From contig NIVC01002479.1 of assembly GCA_002269645.1 (NCBI GenBank), positions 184,998-208,684 on the forward strand: a DNA stretch of 23,687 nt, read 5' to 3'. The translations under genes were made by a program, and so were the position numbers. This DNA comes from Macrostomum lignano. Lineage: Eukaryota. Below, one piece after another: positions 1 to 11,532 of this stretch (position 1 is the stretch's first letter; every line of letters begins with the position of its first letter). A model generated the notes under the pieces. It was given only the letters and a program-made list of their open reading frames with translations, had not been told where the DNA came from and did not search any database.

Positions 1-3000
1 CTGCGGCGCCAAAATGAGTGCCTGCGGCGCTAAAATGAATGCCTGCGGCGCTAAAATGAGTGCCTGCGGCGCTAAAATGAATGCCTGCGGCGCCAAAATG
101 AGTGTCTGTTGTCTGCGGCGCCAAAATGAGTGCCTGCGGCGCTAAAATGAATGCCTGCGGCGCTAAAATGAGTGCCTGCGGCGCTAAACTGAGTGCCTGC
201 GGCGCTAAAATGAATGCCTGCGGCGCTAAAATGAATGCCTGCGGCGCTAAAATGAATGCCTGCGGCGCCAAAATGAGTGTCTGTTCTTTGCGGCGCCAAA
301 ATGAGTGCCTGCGGCGCCAAAATGAGTGTCTGCGGAGCCAAAATGAGTGCCTGCAGAGCCAAAATGAGTGCCTGCAGTGCCAAAATGAGTGCCTCCGGCG
401 CTAAAATGAGTGCCTGCGGCGCTAAAATGAGTGCCTGCGGAGCCAAAATGAGTGCCATCAGAGCCAAAATGAGTGCCTGCAGAGCCAAAATGAGTGCCTG
501 CGGCGCTAAAATGAGTGCCTGCGGCGCTAAAATAAATGCCTGCGGCGATAAAATGAGTGCCTGCGGCGCCAAAATGAATGCCTGCGGCGCCAAAATGAGT
601 GCCTGCGGCGCTAAACTGAGTGCCTGCGGCGCTAAAATGAATGCCTGCGGCGCAAAAATGAGTGCCTGCGGCGCTAAAACAAATGCCTGCGGCGCTGAAA
701 TGAGTGCCTGCGGCGCTAAACTGGATGCCTGCGGCGCTAAAATGAATGCCTGCGGTGCTAAAATGAGTGCCTGCGGCGCTAAAATAAATGCCTGCCGCGA
801 AAAAATGAGTGCCTGCGGCGCCAAAATGAATGCCTGCGGCGCCAAAATGAGTGCCTGCGGCGCTAAAATAAATGCCTGCGGCGCTAAAATGAGTGCCTGC
901 GGCGCTAAACTGGATGCCTGCGGCTTTAAAATGAATGCCTGCGGCGCTAAAATGAGTGCCTGCGGCGCCAAAACGAGTGTCTGTTGTCTGCGGCGCCAAA
1001 ATGAGTGCCTGCGGCGCAAAATGAATGCCTGCGGCGCCAAAATGAGTGCCTGCGGCGCTAAACTGAGTGCCTGCGGCGCCAAAATGAGTGTCTGTTGTCT
1101 GCGGCGCCAAAATGAGTGCCTGCGGCGCTAAAATGAATGCCTGCGGCGCTAAAATGAGTGCCTGCGGCGCTAAACTGAGTGCCTGCGGCGCTAAAATGAA
1201 TGTCTGCGGCGCTAAAATGAATGCCTGCGGCGCGAAAATGAATGCCTGCGGCGCCAAAATGAGTGTCTGTTCTTTGCGGCGCCAAAATGAGTGCCTGCGG
1301 CGCTAAAATGAGTGTCTGCGGCGCTAAAATGAGTGCCTGCGGCGCTAAAATGAATGCCTGCGGCGCTAAAATGAGTTCCTGCGGCGCCAAAACGAGTGTC
1401 TGTTGTCTGCGGCGCCAAAATGAGTGCCTGCGGCGCTAAAATGAATGCCTGCGGCGCCAAAATGAGTGCCTGCGGCGCTAAACTGAGTGCCTGCGGCGCC
1501 AAAATGAGTGTCTGTTGTCTGCGGCGCCAAAATGAGTGCCCTCGGCGCTAAAATGAATGCCTGCGGCGCTAAAATGAGTGCCTGCGGCGCTAAACTGAGT
1601 TCCTGCGGCGCTAAAATGAATGCCTGCGGCGCTAAAATGAATGCCTGCGGCGCTAAAATGAATGCCTGCGGCGCCAAAATGAGTGTCTGTTCTTTGCGGC
1701 GCCAAAATGAGTGCCTGCGGCGCCAAAATGAGTGTCTGCGGAGCCAAAATGAGTGCCTGCAGAGCCAAAATGAGTGCCTGCGGCGCTAAACTGGATGCCT
1801 GCGGCGCTAAAACAAATGCCTGCGGCGCTAAAATGAGTGCCTGCGGAGCCAAAATGAGTGCCTGCAGAGCCAAAATGAGTGCCTGCAGAGCCAAAATGAG
1901 TGCCTGCGGCGCTAAAATGAGTGCCTGTGGCGCTAAAATAAATGCCTGCGGCGATAAAATGAGTGCCTGCGGCGCCAAAATGAATGTCTGCGGCGCCAAA
2001 ATGAGTGCCAGCGGCGCTAAACTGAGTGCCTGCGGCGCTAAAATGAATGCCTGCGGCGCAAAAATGAGTGCCTGCGGCGCTAAAACAAATGCCTGCGGCG
2101 CTAAAATGAGTGCCTGCGGCGCTAAACTGGATGCCTGCGGCGCTAAAATGAATGCCTGCGGTGCTAAAATGAGTGCCTGCGGCGCCAAAACGAGTGTCTG
2201 TTGTCTGCGGCGCCAAAATGAGTGCCTGCGGCGCTAAAATGAATGCCTGCGGCGCTAAAATGAGTGCCTGCGGCGCTAAACTAAGTGCCTGCGGCGCCAA
2301 AATGAGTGTCTGTTGTCTGCGGCGCCAAAATGAGTGCCTGCGGCGCTAAAATGAATGCCTGCGGCGCTAAAATGAGTGCCTGCGGAGCCAAAATGAGTGC
2401 CTGCAGAGCCAAAATGAGTGCCTGAAGAGCCAAAATGAGTGCCTGCAGAGCCAAAATGAGTGCCTGCGGCGCTAAAATGAGTGCCTGCGGCGCTAAAATA
2501 AATGCCTGCGGCGAAAAAATGAGTGCCTGCGGCGCCAAAATGAATGCCTGCGGCGCCAAAATGAGTGCCTGCGGCGCTAAACTGAGTGCCTGCGGCGCTA
2601 AAATGAATGCCTGCGGCGCTAAAATGAGTGCCTGCGGCGCTAAAATAAATGCCTGCGGCGCTAAAATGAGTGCCTGCGGCGCTAAACTGGATGCCTGCGG
2701 CGCTAAAATGAATGCCTGCGGCGCTAAAATGAGTGTCTGCGGAGCCAAAATGAGTGCCTGCGGCGCTAAAATGAATGCCTGCGGCGTTAAAATGAGTGCC
2801 TGCGGCGCTAAACTGCGTGCCTGCGGCGCTAAAATGAGTGCCCGCGGCGCTAAAATGAGTGCCTGCGGCGCCAAAATGAGTGTCTGTTGTCTGCGGCGCC
2901 AAATTAAGTGTCTGCGGAGCCAAAATGAGTGCCTGCAGAGCTAAAATGAGTGCCTGCGGAGCCAAAATGAGTGCTTGCCTTGCCAAAATGCGTGCCTGCG

Positions 3001-6000
3001 GCGCTAAAATGAGTGCCTGCGGCGCTAAAATGAGTGCCTGCGGCGCTAAAATGAGTGCCTGCGGCGCTAAAATGAGTGCCTGCGGCGCTAAAATAAATGC
3101 CTGCGGCGAAAAAATGAGTGCGGAGCTAAAATGAGTGCCTCCGGCGCTAAAATAAATGCCTGCGGCGCTAAAATGAGTGCCTGCGGCGCTAAAATGACTG
3201 CCTGCGGCGCTAAAATGAGTGTCTGCGGTGCCAAAATAAGTGCCTGCGGCGCTAAAATAAATGCCTGCGGCGCTAAAATGAGTGCCTGCGGCGCTAAAAT
3301 GAATGCCTGCGGCGCTAAAATGAGTGCCTGCGGCGCTAAACTGAGTGCCTGCGGCGCTAAAATGAATGCCTGCGGCGCTAAAATGAGTGCCTGCGGCGCC
3401 AAAATGAGTGTCTGTTGTCTGCGGCGCTAAAATGAGTGCCTGCGGCGCCAAAATGAGTGTCTGTTGTCTGCGGCGCCAAAATGAGTGCCTGCGGCGCTAA
3501 AATGAATGCCTGCGGGGCTAAAATGAGTGCCTGCGGCGCTAAACTGAGAGCCTGCGGCGCTAAAATGAATGCCTGCGGCGCTAAAATGAATGCCTGCGGC
3601 GCCAAAATGAGTGTCTGTTGTCTGCGGCGCCTAAATGAGTGCCTGCGGCGCCAAAATGAGTGTCTGCGGAGCCAAATTGAGTGCCTGCGGCGCCAAAATG
3701 AGTGTCTGCGGAGCCAAAATGAGTGCCTGCAGAGCTAAAATGAGTGCCTGCGGAGCCAAAATGAGTGCTTGCCGCGCCAAAATGCGTTCCTGCGGCGCTA
3801 AAATGAGTGCCTGCGGCGCTAAAATGAGTTCCTGCGGAGCTAAAATGAGTGCCTGCGGCGCTAAAATGAGTGCCTGCGGCGCAAAAATGAGTACGGAGCT
3901 AAAATGAGTGCCTGCGGCGCTAAAATAAATGCCTGCGGCGCTAAAATAAATGCCTGCGGCGCCAAAATGAGTGCCTGCGGCGCCAAAATGAGTGTCTGTT
4001 GTGTGCGGCGCCAAAATGAGTGTCTGCGGAGCCAAAATGAGTGCCTGCAGAGCCAAAATGAGTGCCTGAAGAGCCAAAATGAGTGCCTCCGGCGCTAAAA
4101 TAAATGCCTGCGGCGCTAAAATGAGTGCCTGCGGCGCTAAAATGAGTGCCTGCGGAGCCAAAATGAGTGCCTGCGGCGCTAAAATGAGTGCCTGCGGCGC
4201 TAAAATGAGTGTCTGCGGAGCCAAAATGAGTGCCTGCAGAGCCAAAATGAGTGCCTGCAGAGCCAAAATGAGTGCCTGCAGAGCCAAAATGAGTGCCTGC
4301 AGAGCCAAAATGAGTGCCTGCGGCGCTAAAATAAATGCCTGCGGCGCTAAAATGAGTTCCTGCGGCGCTAAAATGAGTGCCTGCGGAGCCAAAATGAGTG
4401 CCTGCGGTGCCAAAATGAGTGCCTGCGGCGCCAAAATGAGTGTCTGCGGAGCCAAAATGAGTGCCTGCAGAGCTAAAATGAGTGCCTGCGGAGCCAAAAT
4501 GAGTGCTTGCCGCGCCAAAATGCGTGCCTGCGGCGCTAAAATGAGTGCCTGCGGCGCTAAAATGAGTGCCTGCGGCGCTAAAATGAGTGCCTGCGGCGCT
4601 AAAATGAGTGCCTGCGGCGCTAAAATGAGTGCGGAGCTAAAATGAGTGCCTGCAGCGCTAAAATGAGTGCGGAGCTAAAATGAGTGCCTGCGGCGCTAAA
4701 ATGAGTGTCTGCGGTGCCAAAATGAGTGCCTGCGGCGCTAAAATAAATGCCTGCGGCGCTAAAATGAGTGCCTGCGGCGCTAAAATGAGTGCCTGCGGAG
4801 CCAAAATGAGTGCCTGCGGTGCCAAAATGAGTGCCTGCGGTGCTAAAATAAATGCCTGCGGCGCTAAAATGAGTGCCTGCGGCGCTAAAATGAATGCCTG
4901 CGGCGCTAAAATGAGTGCCTGCGGCGCTAAACTGAGTGCCTGCGGCGCTAAAATGAATGCCTGCGGCGCTAAAATGAGTGCCTGCGGCGCCAAAATGAGT
5001 GCCTGCGGCGCCAAAATGAGTGTCTGTTGTCTGCGGCGCCAAAATGAGTGCCTGCGGCGCTAAAATGAATGCCTGCGGCGCTAAAATGAGTGCCTGCGGC
5101 GCTAAACTGAGTGCCTGCGGCGCTAAAATGAATGCCTGCGGCGCTAAAATGAATGCCTGCGGCGCCAAAATGAGTGTCTGTTGTCTGCGGCGCCAAAATG
5201 AGTGCCTGCGGCGCCAAAATGAGTGTCTGCGGAGCGAAATTGAGTGCCTGCGGCGCCAAAATGAGTGTCTGCGGAGCCAAAATGAGTGCCTGCAGAGCTA
5301 AAATGAGTGCCTGCGGAGCCAAAATGAGTGCTTGCCGCGCCAAAATGCGTTCCTGCGGCGCTAAAATGAGTGCCTGCGGCGCTAAAATGAGTGCCTGCGG
5401 AGCTAAAATGAGTGTTTGCGGCGCTAAAATGAGTTCCTGCGGCGCAAAAATGAGTGCGGAGCTAAAATGAGTGCCTGTGGCGCTAAAATAAATGCTGCGG
5501 CGCTAAAATAAATGCCTGCGGCGCCAAAATGAGTGCCTGCGGCGCCAAAATGAGTGTCTGTTGTGTGCGGCGCCAAAATGAGTGTCTGCGGAGCCAAAAT
5601 GAGTGCCTGCAGAGCCAAAATGAGTGCCTGCAGAGCCAAAATGAGTGCCTCCGGCGCTAAAATGAATGCCTGCGGCGCTAAAATGAGTGCCTGCGGCGCT
5701 AAAATAAATGCCTGCGGCGCTAAAATGAGTGCCTGCGGCGCTAAAATGAGTGCCTGCGGAGCCAAAATGAGTGCCTGCGGTGCCAAAATAAGTGCCTGCG
5801 GCGCTAAAATAAATGCCTGCGGCGCCAAAATGAGTGTCTGCGGAGCCAAAATGAGTGCCTGCGGAGCCAAAATAAGTGCCTGCAGAGCCAAAATGAGTGC
5901 CTGCAGAGCCAAAATGAGTGCCTGCGGCGCTAAAATGAGTGTCTGCGGAGCCAAAATGAGTGCCTGCAGAGCCAAAATGAGTGTCTGTCGTCTGCGGCGC

Positions 6001-8351
6001 CAAAATGAGTGTCTGCGGCGCTAAAATGAGTGCCTGCGGCGCCAAAATGAGTGCCTGCGGCGCCAAAATGAGTGTCTGCGGAGCCAAAATGAGTGCCTGC
6101 AGAGCCAAAATGAGTGCCTCCGGCGCTAAAATAAATGCCTGCGGCGCTAAAATGAGTGCCTGCAGAGCCAAAATGAGTGCCTGCAGAGCCAAAATGAGTG
6201 CCTCCGGCGCTAAACTAAATGCCTGCGGCGCTAAAATGAGTGCCTGCGGCGCTAAAATGAGTGCCTGCGGCGCTAAAATGAGTGTCTGCGGTGCCAAAAT
6301 GAGTGCCTGCGGCGCTAAAATAAATGCCTGCGGCGCTAAAATGAGTGTCAGCGGAGCCAAAATGAGTGCCTGCAGAGCCAAAATGAGTGCCTGCAGAGCC
6401 AAAATAAGTGCCTGCAGAGCCAAAATGAGTGTCTGCGGAGCCAAAATGAGTGCCTGCAGAGCCAAAATGAGTGCCTGCAGAGCCAAAATGAGTGCCTGCA
6501 GAGCCAAAATGAGTGCCTCCGGCGCTAAAATAAATGCCTGCGGCGCTAAAATGAGTGCCTGCGGAGCCAAAATGAGTGCCTGCGGAGCCAAAATGAGTGC
6601 CTGCAGAGCCAAAATGAGTGCCTGCGGCGCTAAAATGAATGCCTGCGGCGCTAAAATGAGTCCCTGCGGCGCTAAACTGAGTGCCTGCGGCGCTAAAATG
6701 AATGCCTGCGGAGCCAAAATGAGTGTCTGCGGAGCCAAAATGAGTGTCTGCGGCGCTAAAATGAGTGCCTGCGGCGCTAAAATGAGTGCCTGCGGCGCTA
6801 AAATGAGTGCCTGCGGCGCTAAAATGAGTGCGGAGCTAAAATGAGTGCCTGCAGCGCTAAAATGAGTGCGGAGCTAAAATGAGTGCCTACGGCGCTAAAA
6901 TGAGTGTCTGCGGAGCCAAAATGAGTGTCTGCGGAGCCAAAATGAGTGTCTGCGGCGCCAAAATGAGTGCCTGCGGCGCTAAAATGAGTGCCTGCAGAGC
7001 CAAAATGAGTGCCTGCGGAGCCAAAATGAGTGCCTGCGGAGCCAAAATGAGTGCCTGCGGAGCCAAAATGAGTGCCTGCAGAGCCAAAATGAGTGTCTGC
7101 GGCGCTAAAATGAGTGCCTGCGGAGCCAAAATGAGTGCCTGCGGAGCCAAAATGAGTGCCTGCGGAGCCAAAATGAGTGCCTGCAGAGCCAAAATGAGTG
7201 CTTGCCGCGCCAAAATGCGTGCCTATGGCGCCAAAATGAGTGCCTGCGGCGCTAAAATGAGTGCCTGCAGAGCCAAAATGAGTGTCTGCGGAGCCAAAAT
7301 GAGTGCCTGCGGCGCTAAAATGAGTGCCTGCGGCGCTAAAATGAGTGCCTGCGGCGCCAAAATGAGTGCCTGCGGCGCCAAAATGAGTGTCTGCGGAGCC
7401 AAAATGAGTGCCTGCAGAGCCAAAATGAGTGTCTGTTGTCTGCGGCGCTAAAATGAGTGCCTGCGGCGCCAAAATGAGTGCCTGCAGAGCCAAAATGAGT
7501 GCTTGCCGCGCCAAAATGCGTGCCTATGGCGCCAAAATGAGTGCCTGCGGCGCTAAAATGAGTGCCTGCGGCGCAAAAATGAGTGCGGAGCTAAAATGAG
7601 TGCCTGCGGCGCTAAAATAAATGCCTGCGGCGCTAAAATAAATGCCTGCGGCGCCAAAATGAGTGCCTGCGGCGCCAAAATGAGTGTCTGCGGAGCCAAA
7701 ATGAGTGCCTGCAGAGCCAAAATGAGTGTCTGTTGTCTGCGGCGCCAAAATGAGTGCCTGCAGAGCCAAAATGAGTGCCTCCGGCGCTAAAAAAAATGCC
7801 TGCGGCGCTAAAATGAGTGCCTATGGCGCCATAAAAGAGTGCCTGCGGCGCTAAAATGAGTGCCTGCGGAGCCAAAATGAGTGTCTGCGGAGCCAAAATG
7901 AGTGCCTGCGGCGCTAAAATAAAAGCCTGCGGCGCTAAAATGAGTGCCTGCGGCGCCAAAATGAGTGCCTGCGGCGCCAAAATGAGTGTCTGCGGAGCCA
8001 AAATGAGTGCCTGCAGAGCCAAAATGAGTGTCTGTTGTCTGCGGCGCCAAAATGAGTGCCTGCAGAGCCAAAATGAGTGCCTCCGGCGCTAAAATAAATG
8101 CCTGCGGCGCCAAAATGAGTGCCTGCGGCGCTAAAATGAGTGCCTGCGGCGCTAAAATGAGTGTCTGCGGTGCCAAAATGAGTGCCTGCGGCGCTGAAAT
8201 AAATGCCTGCGGCGCTAAAATGAGTGTCAGCGGAGCCAAAATGAGTGCCTGCAGAGCCAAAATGAGTGCCTGCAGAGCCAAAATGAGTGCCTGCGGAGCC
8301 AAAATGAGTGTCTGCGGCGCCAAAATGAGTGCCTGCGGTGCCAAAATGAGC
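1..8351. repeat. 21-bp tandem satellite/minisatellite, consensus AAAATGAGTGCCTGCGGCGCY, about 395 units, open at the window 5' edge; includes 28-bp and 17-bp variant units
   Basis: The unit is read directly throughout. Variants include AAAATGAAT, AAAATAAAT, AAACTG, GTCTG, CAGAGCC and GGAGCC. The array stops abruptly at ...CCAAAATGAGC (about 8351) and unique sequence follows. Confidence 0.98.
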
Positions 8352-8790
8352 ACTGACAATACCGATTCTGAAAATAATGTACATGTATTTCGCGTATTGG
8401 TACGAGGTTCGGCTAGGGGTACCCCAAACAAATTGCCGTCCCTAATACCCCTAGTGCGTACGCATTTGTGTGCGCTCTCGGGGGGCAGAGGAATGGGCCT
8501 ACTGCTTGCTATGTCGGGCCAGGTCTGATCCAGTAAAGTCCAATGCAAAGTGAAACGGTTTGTTTTGTCATAACTTGCTTCAAAACACCAGAGAGAAAGC
8601 ACTTCAATATACAGCGTGTATTTTATCGTGAAGTCTTGGTCATGTGGCAAAATGCACTGAGCCAGAAACTTCTCGTGACTAACCGAATAGCCGGAAAAAT
8701 CAAGCATTGAAAAATGGTAAGAAACCTGACACATTGGCCGAACAGGATAGCAAAGACAATCAAAGTGATAGCGCATGATCCAGCTGAAAA

Positions 8791-9388
<598 letters not shown>

Positions 9389-9393
9389 TGCAG

Positions 9394-9752
9394 TTAATCC
9401 CAGCCACACTGAACATAAGCCTTATACGGAGACTGCAGCTCAGCATCCCAGTGTCCCCCATCGCCAGACCCCAGAGCTGTCAGTAACCGTCTAGCCAGCC
9501 GGAGTCGCGCAGCCGTCTGAGAAGCCTCGTTGAAGGCAGACGGCTGGCGGGTGGGGTCCGGCCAGACGGATTTGGCCGAAGCCACAGTGGCCGCCTTGGC
9601 CAGCCGATCGGACAGTCGCCGCAGACAGCCTGCAGTCACGGCGATGGCAGGCGAAGGCGAGGTCAGTAGACGGTCAGCCAGACGGCGGAAAAGCATCAGG
9701 GAGTCCAGCAGATGTTCAGCTCGCTTCGATCGAATAAGCGAAGCGGCTTGGC
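9394..9752 (-). CDS. THADA: THADA-like terminal coding exon ([14 protein letters not shown]/[frameshift]/[16 protein letters not shown]...YVQCGWD*), with an apparent 1-bp deletion near 9711
   Basis: Acceptor ...CCAACTCGCAG|GCC (AG at 9754-9753) is phase 0, matching the upstream donor. The stop TAA is at 9396-9394. Length is 359 nt, one short of a multiple of 3. The downstream frame is track ORF 9394..9696. Confidence 0.75.
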
Positions 9753-9791
9753 CTGCGAGTTGGTTGAATGGGTTGGGGCGGCTTTCGTGGG

Positions 9792-10423
9792 GCAGATCTC
9801 ATTGGGGAGGGGCGGATCTCATTGGGGGGGGGCGGATCTCATTGTGGAGGGGGCGGATCTCACTGGGGAGGGGGCGGATCTCATTGTGGAGGGGGGCGGA
9901 TCTCACTGGGGAGGGGGCGGATCTCATTGGGGAGGGGGCGGATCTCATTGTGGAGGGGGGCGGATCTCATTGGGAGGGGGCGGATCTCATTGTGGAGGGG
10001 GCGGATCTCACTGGGGAGGGGGCGGATCTCATTGTGGAGGGGGCGGATCTCACTGGGAGGGGGCGGATCTCATTGGGGAGGGGCGGATCTCATTGTGGAG
10101 GGGGCGGATCTCACTGGGGAGGGGCGGATCTCATTGGGAGGGGGCGGATCTCATTGGGGAGGGGGCGGATCTCATTGGGGAGGGGCGGATCTCATTGGGA
10201 GGGGAGCGGATCCCTCATTATGGAGGGGGCGGATCTCATTGGGGAGGGAGCGGATCTCACTGGGGAGGGAGCGGATCTCATGGGAGGGGGCGGATCTCAT
10301 TGGGGAGGGGAGCGGATCTCATTAGGGAGGGGGCGGGTCTAATTGGGAGGTGGCGGATCTCATTGGGGAGGGGAGCGGATCTCATGGGAGGGGGCGGATC
10401 TCATTGGGGAGGGGAGCGGATCT
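9792..10423. repeat. G-rich 20-22-bp minisatellite (GGGGCGGATCTCATTGGGGAG), about 30 units, filling most of the last THADA intron
   Basis: Read directly. Unit length varies with G-run length. Confidence 0.96.
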
Positions 10424-10464
10424 TGAAGGGCCTTCCAATCTAATCGCCAAGCAAACGGCCTCAC

Positions 10465-10622
10465 CTCGGCAATGCTGGCCTCAACTTGCTCAACTTGGAA
10501 TCCGGCCAGCAGCCAGGCCAGCAGGCGGTCAGCGATCGCATCGGACCAGCCGGGCGGACCGCGGCGAGCGGCCAGACGGTCGATGAGCCAGTCCAGACAC
10601 TTTGACTGGCAGGCCGGCTCAA
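10465..10622 (-). CDS. THADA: THADA-like internal exon, 158 nt ((V)EPACQSKCLDWLIDRLAARRGPPGWSDAIADRLLAWLLAGFQVEQVEASIAE)
   Basis: Acceptor TTTATCCCGCCCAG| and donor GAG|GTGAGG. Phase 1 in, phase 0 out. It lies within track ORF 10360..10722. Confidence 0.85.
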
Positions 10623-10752
10623 CTGGGCGGGATAAATATGGAAATTGAGAACTGATAAAGCATTCGATATAATAGCAAGAACTGCTATCGTGATTAGCCT
10701 GTCTGTCTGGCTCTTTGAGCATCGCAAATTTCCTACTGCTATTTTTTTATTC

Positions 10753-11165
10753 CACTCTACTTCTCTCCCGCTTAACTCTACTTCTCTCCAGCTTAACTCT
10801 ACTTCTCTCCAGCTTAACTCTACTTCTCTCCAGCTTAACTCTACTTCTCTCCAGCTTAACTCTACTTCTCTCCAGCTTAACTCTACTTCTCTCCCGCTTA
10901 ACTCTACTTCTCTCCAGCTTAACTCTACTTCTCTCCAGCTTAACTCTACTTCTCTCCCGCTTAACTCTACTTCTCTCCAGCTTAACTCTACTTCTCTCCA
11001 GCTTAACTCTACTTATCTCCAGCTTAACTCTACTTCTTTCCCGCTTAACTCTACTTCTCTCCAGCTTAACTCTACTTCTCTCCCGCTTAACTCTACTTCT
11101 CTCCCGCTTAACTCTACTTCTCTCCAGCTTAACTCTACTTCTATCCAGTTTTACTCTACTTCTCC
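10753..11165. repeat. 21-bp pyrimidine-rich minisatellite CTTAACTCTACTTCTCTCC(A/C)G, 18 full units plus partial units
   Basis: Read directly. It gives the LNSTSLQ/LNSTSLP repeats in the ORF track. Confidence 0.97.
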
Positions 11166-11322
11166 CCTGTTTTATTCTTATGATTGCGCCGAATTCTATT
11201 CCTCTCAAGTCCCATTCCACTCTTCTAATCACACTCGACTTCTCCCGACTTTCTGCATCTCACTCTGCTTCTCACAGTCTCCATCTCCCCTTCCGTCCTA
11301 CTCTCCCTCATTCAGTCCTCAC

Positions 11323-11427
11323 CCCAGCCAGCCAGGTCGGACACGCAGGTGCAGACCTCAGCGGACACCTCCTCGCAGTCGTCCATGAGGCCGGTGACGG
11401 CGGCTTCCCAAAGGTCCAACCAGTCCA
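11323..11427 (-). CDS. THADA: THADA-like internal exon, 105 nt ((V)DWLDLWEAAVTGLMDDCEEVSAEVCTCVSDLAGW)
   Basis: Acceptor TTTTGATAATTTAAG| and donor TGGG|GTGAGG. Phase 1 in and phase 1 out. It resembles the THADA LW...LLQSEEQAVR HEAT segment. It is not in the ORF track on this strand. Confidence 0.85.
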
Positions 11428-11532
11428 CTTAAATTATCAAAAGCGGGACGAGAGACGAAAGTCAAAATACGAGTAAAACCGAGAAAAGACACCCTTCCTT
11501 GATCAGTCAGACAAACCGGACAAAAGGGGGCG

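Noticed and set aside
1-8351. TGAGT(G)C in each satellite unit as an AP-1 site
   Set aside because: It does not match TGA(C/G)TCA, and there is no other support.
72-8384. Dozens of long ORFs (APQALIL, GAKMSAC and AAGTHFS repeats) on both strands
   Set aside because: They are by-products of a 21-bp (multiple of 3) satellite lacking stops in several frames. They are open on both strands, switch frame at the 28- and 17-bp variants, and contain no unique coding content.
9530-10443. Gly-rich plus-strand ORFs (GGGSHW, GADLIG)
   Set aside because: They translate the G-rich intronic minisatellite plus the antisense shadow of a GC-rich THADA exon.
9753-10464. Idea that the G-rich array interrupts one continuous exon (…WKALQ-DLPHESRPNPF…), or that the AG at 9799-9798 is the acceptor
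   Set aside because: Removing the array alone would need a non-canonical intron, and the 9798 acceptor is phase 1 against a phase-0 donor. The 9753 acceptor restores the conserved LFDRSELN motif.
10645-11476. LNSTSLQ repeat ORF resembling a heavily N-glycosylated or mucin-like protein
   Set aside because: It is the 21-bp intronic repeat read in frame. All three listed frames on both strands are open, and there is no supporting gene structure.
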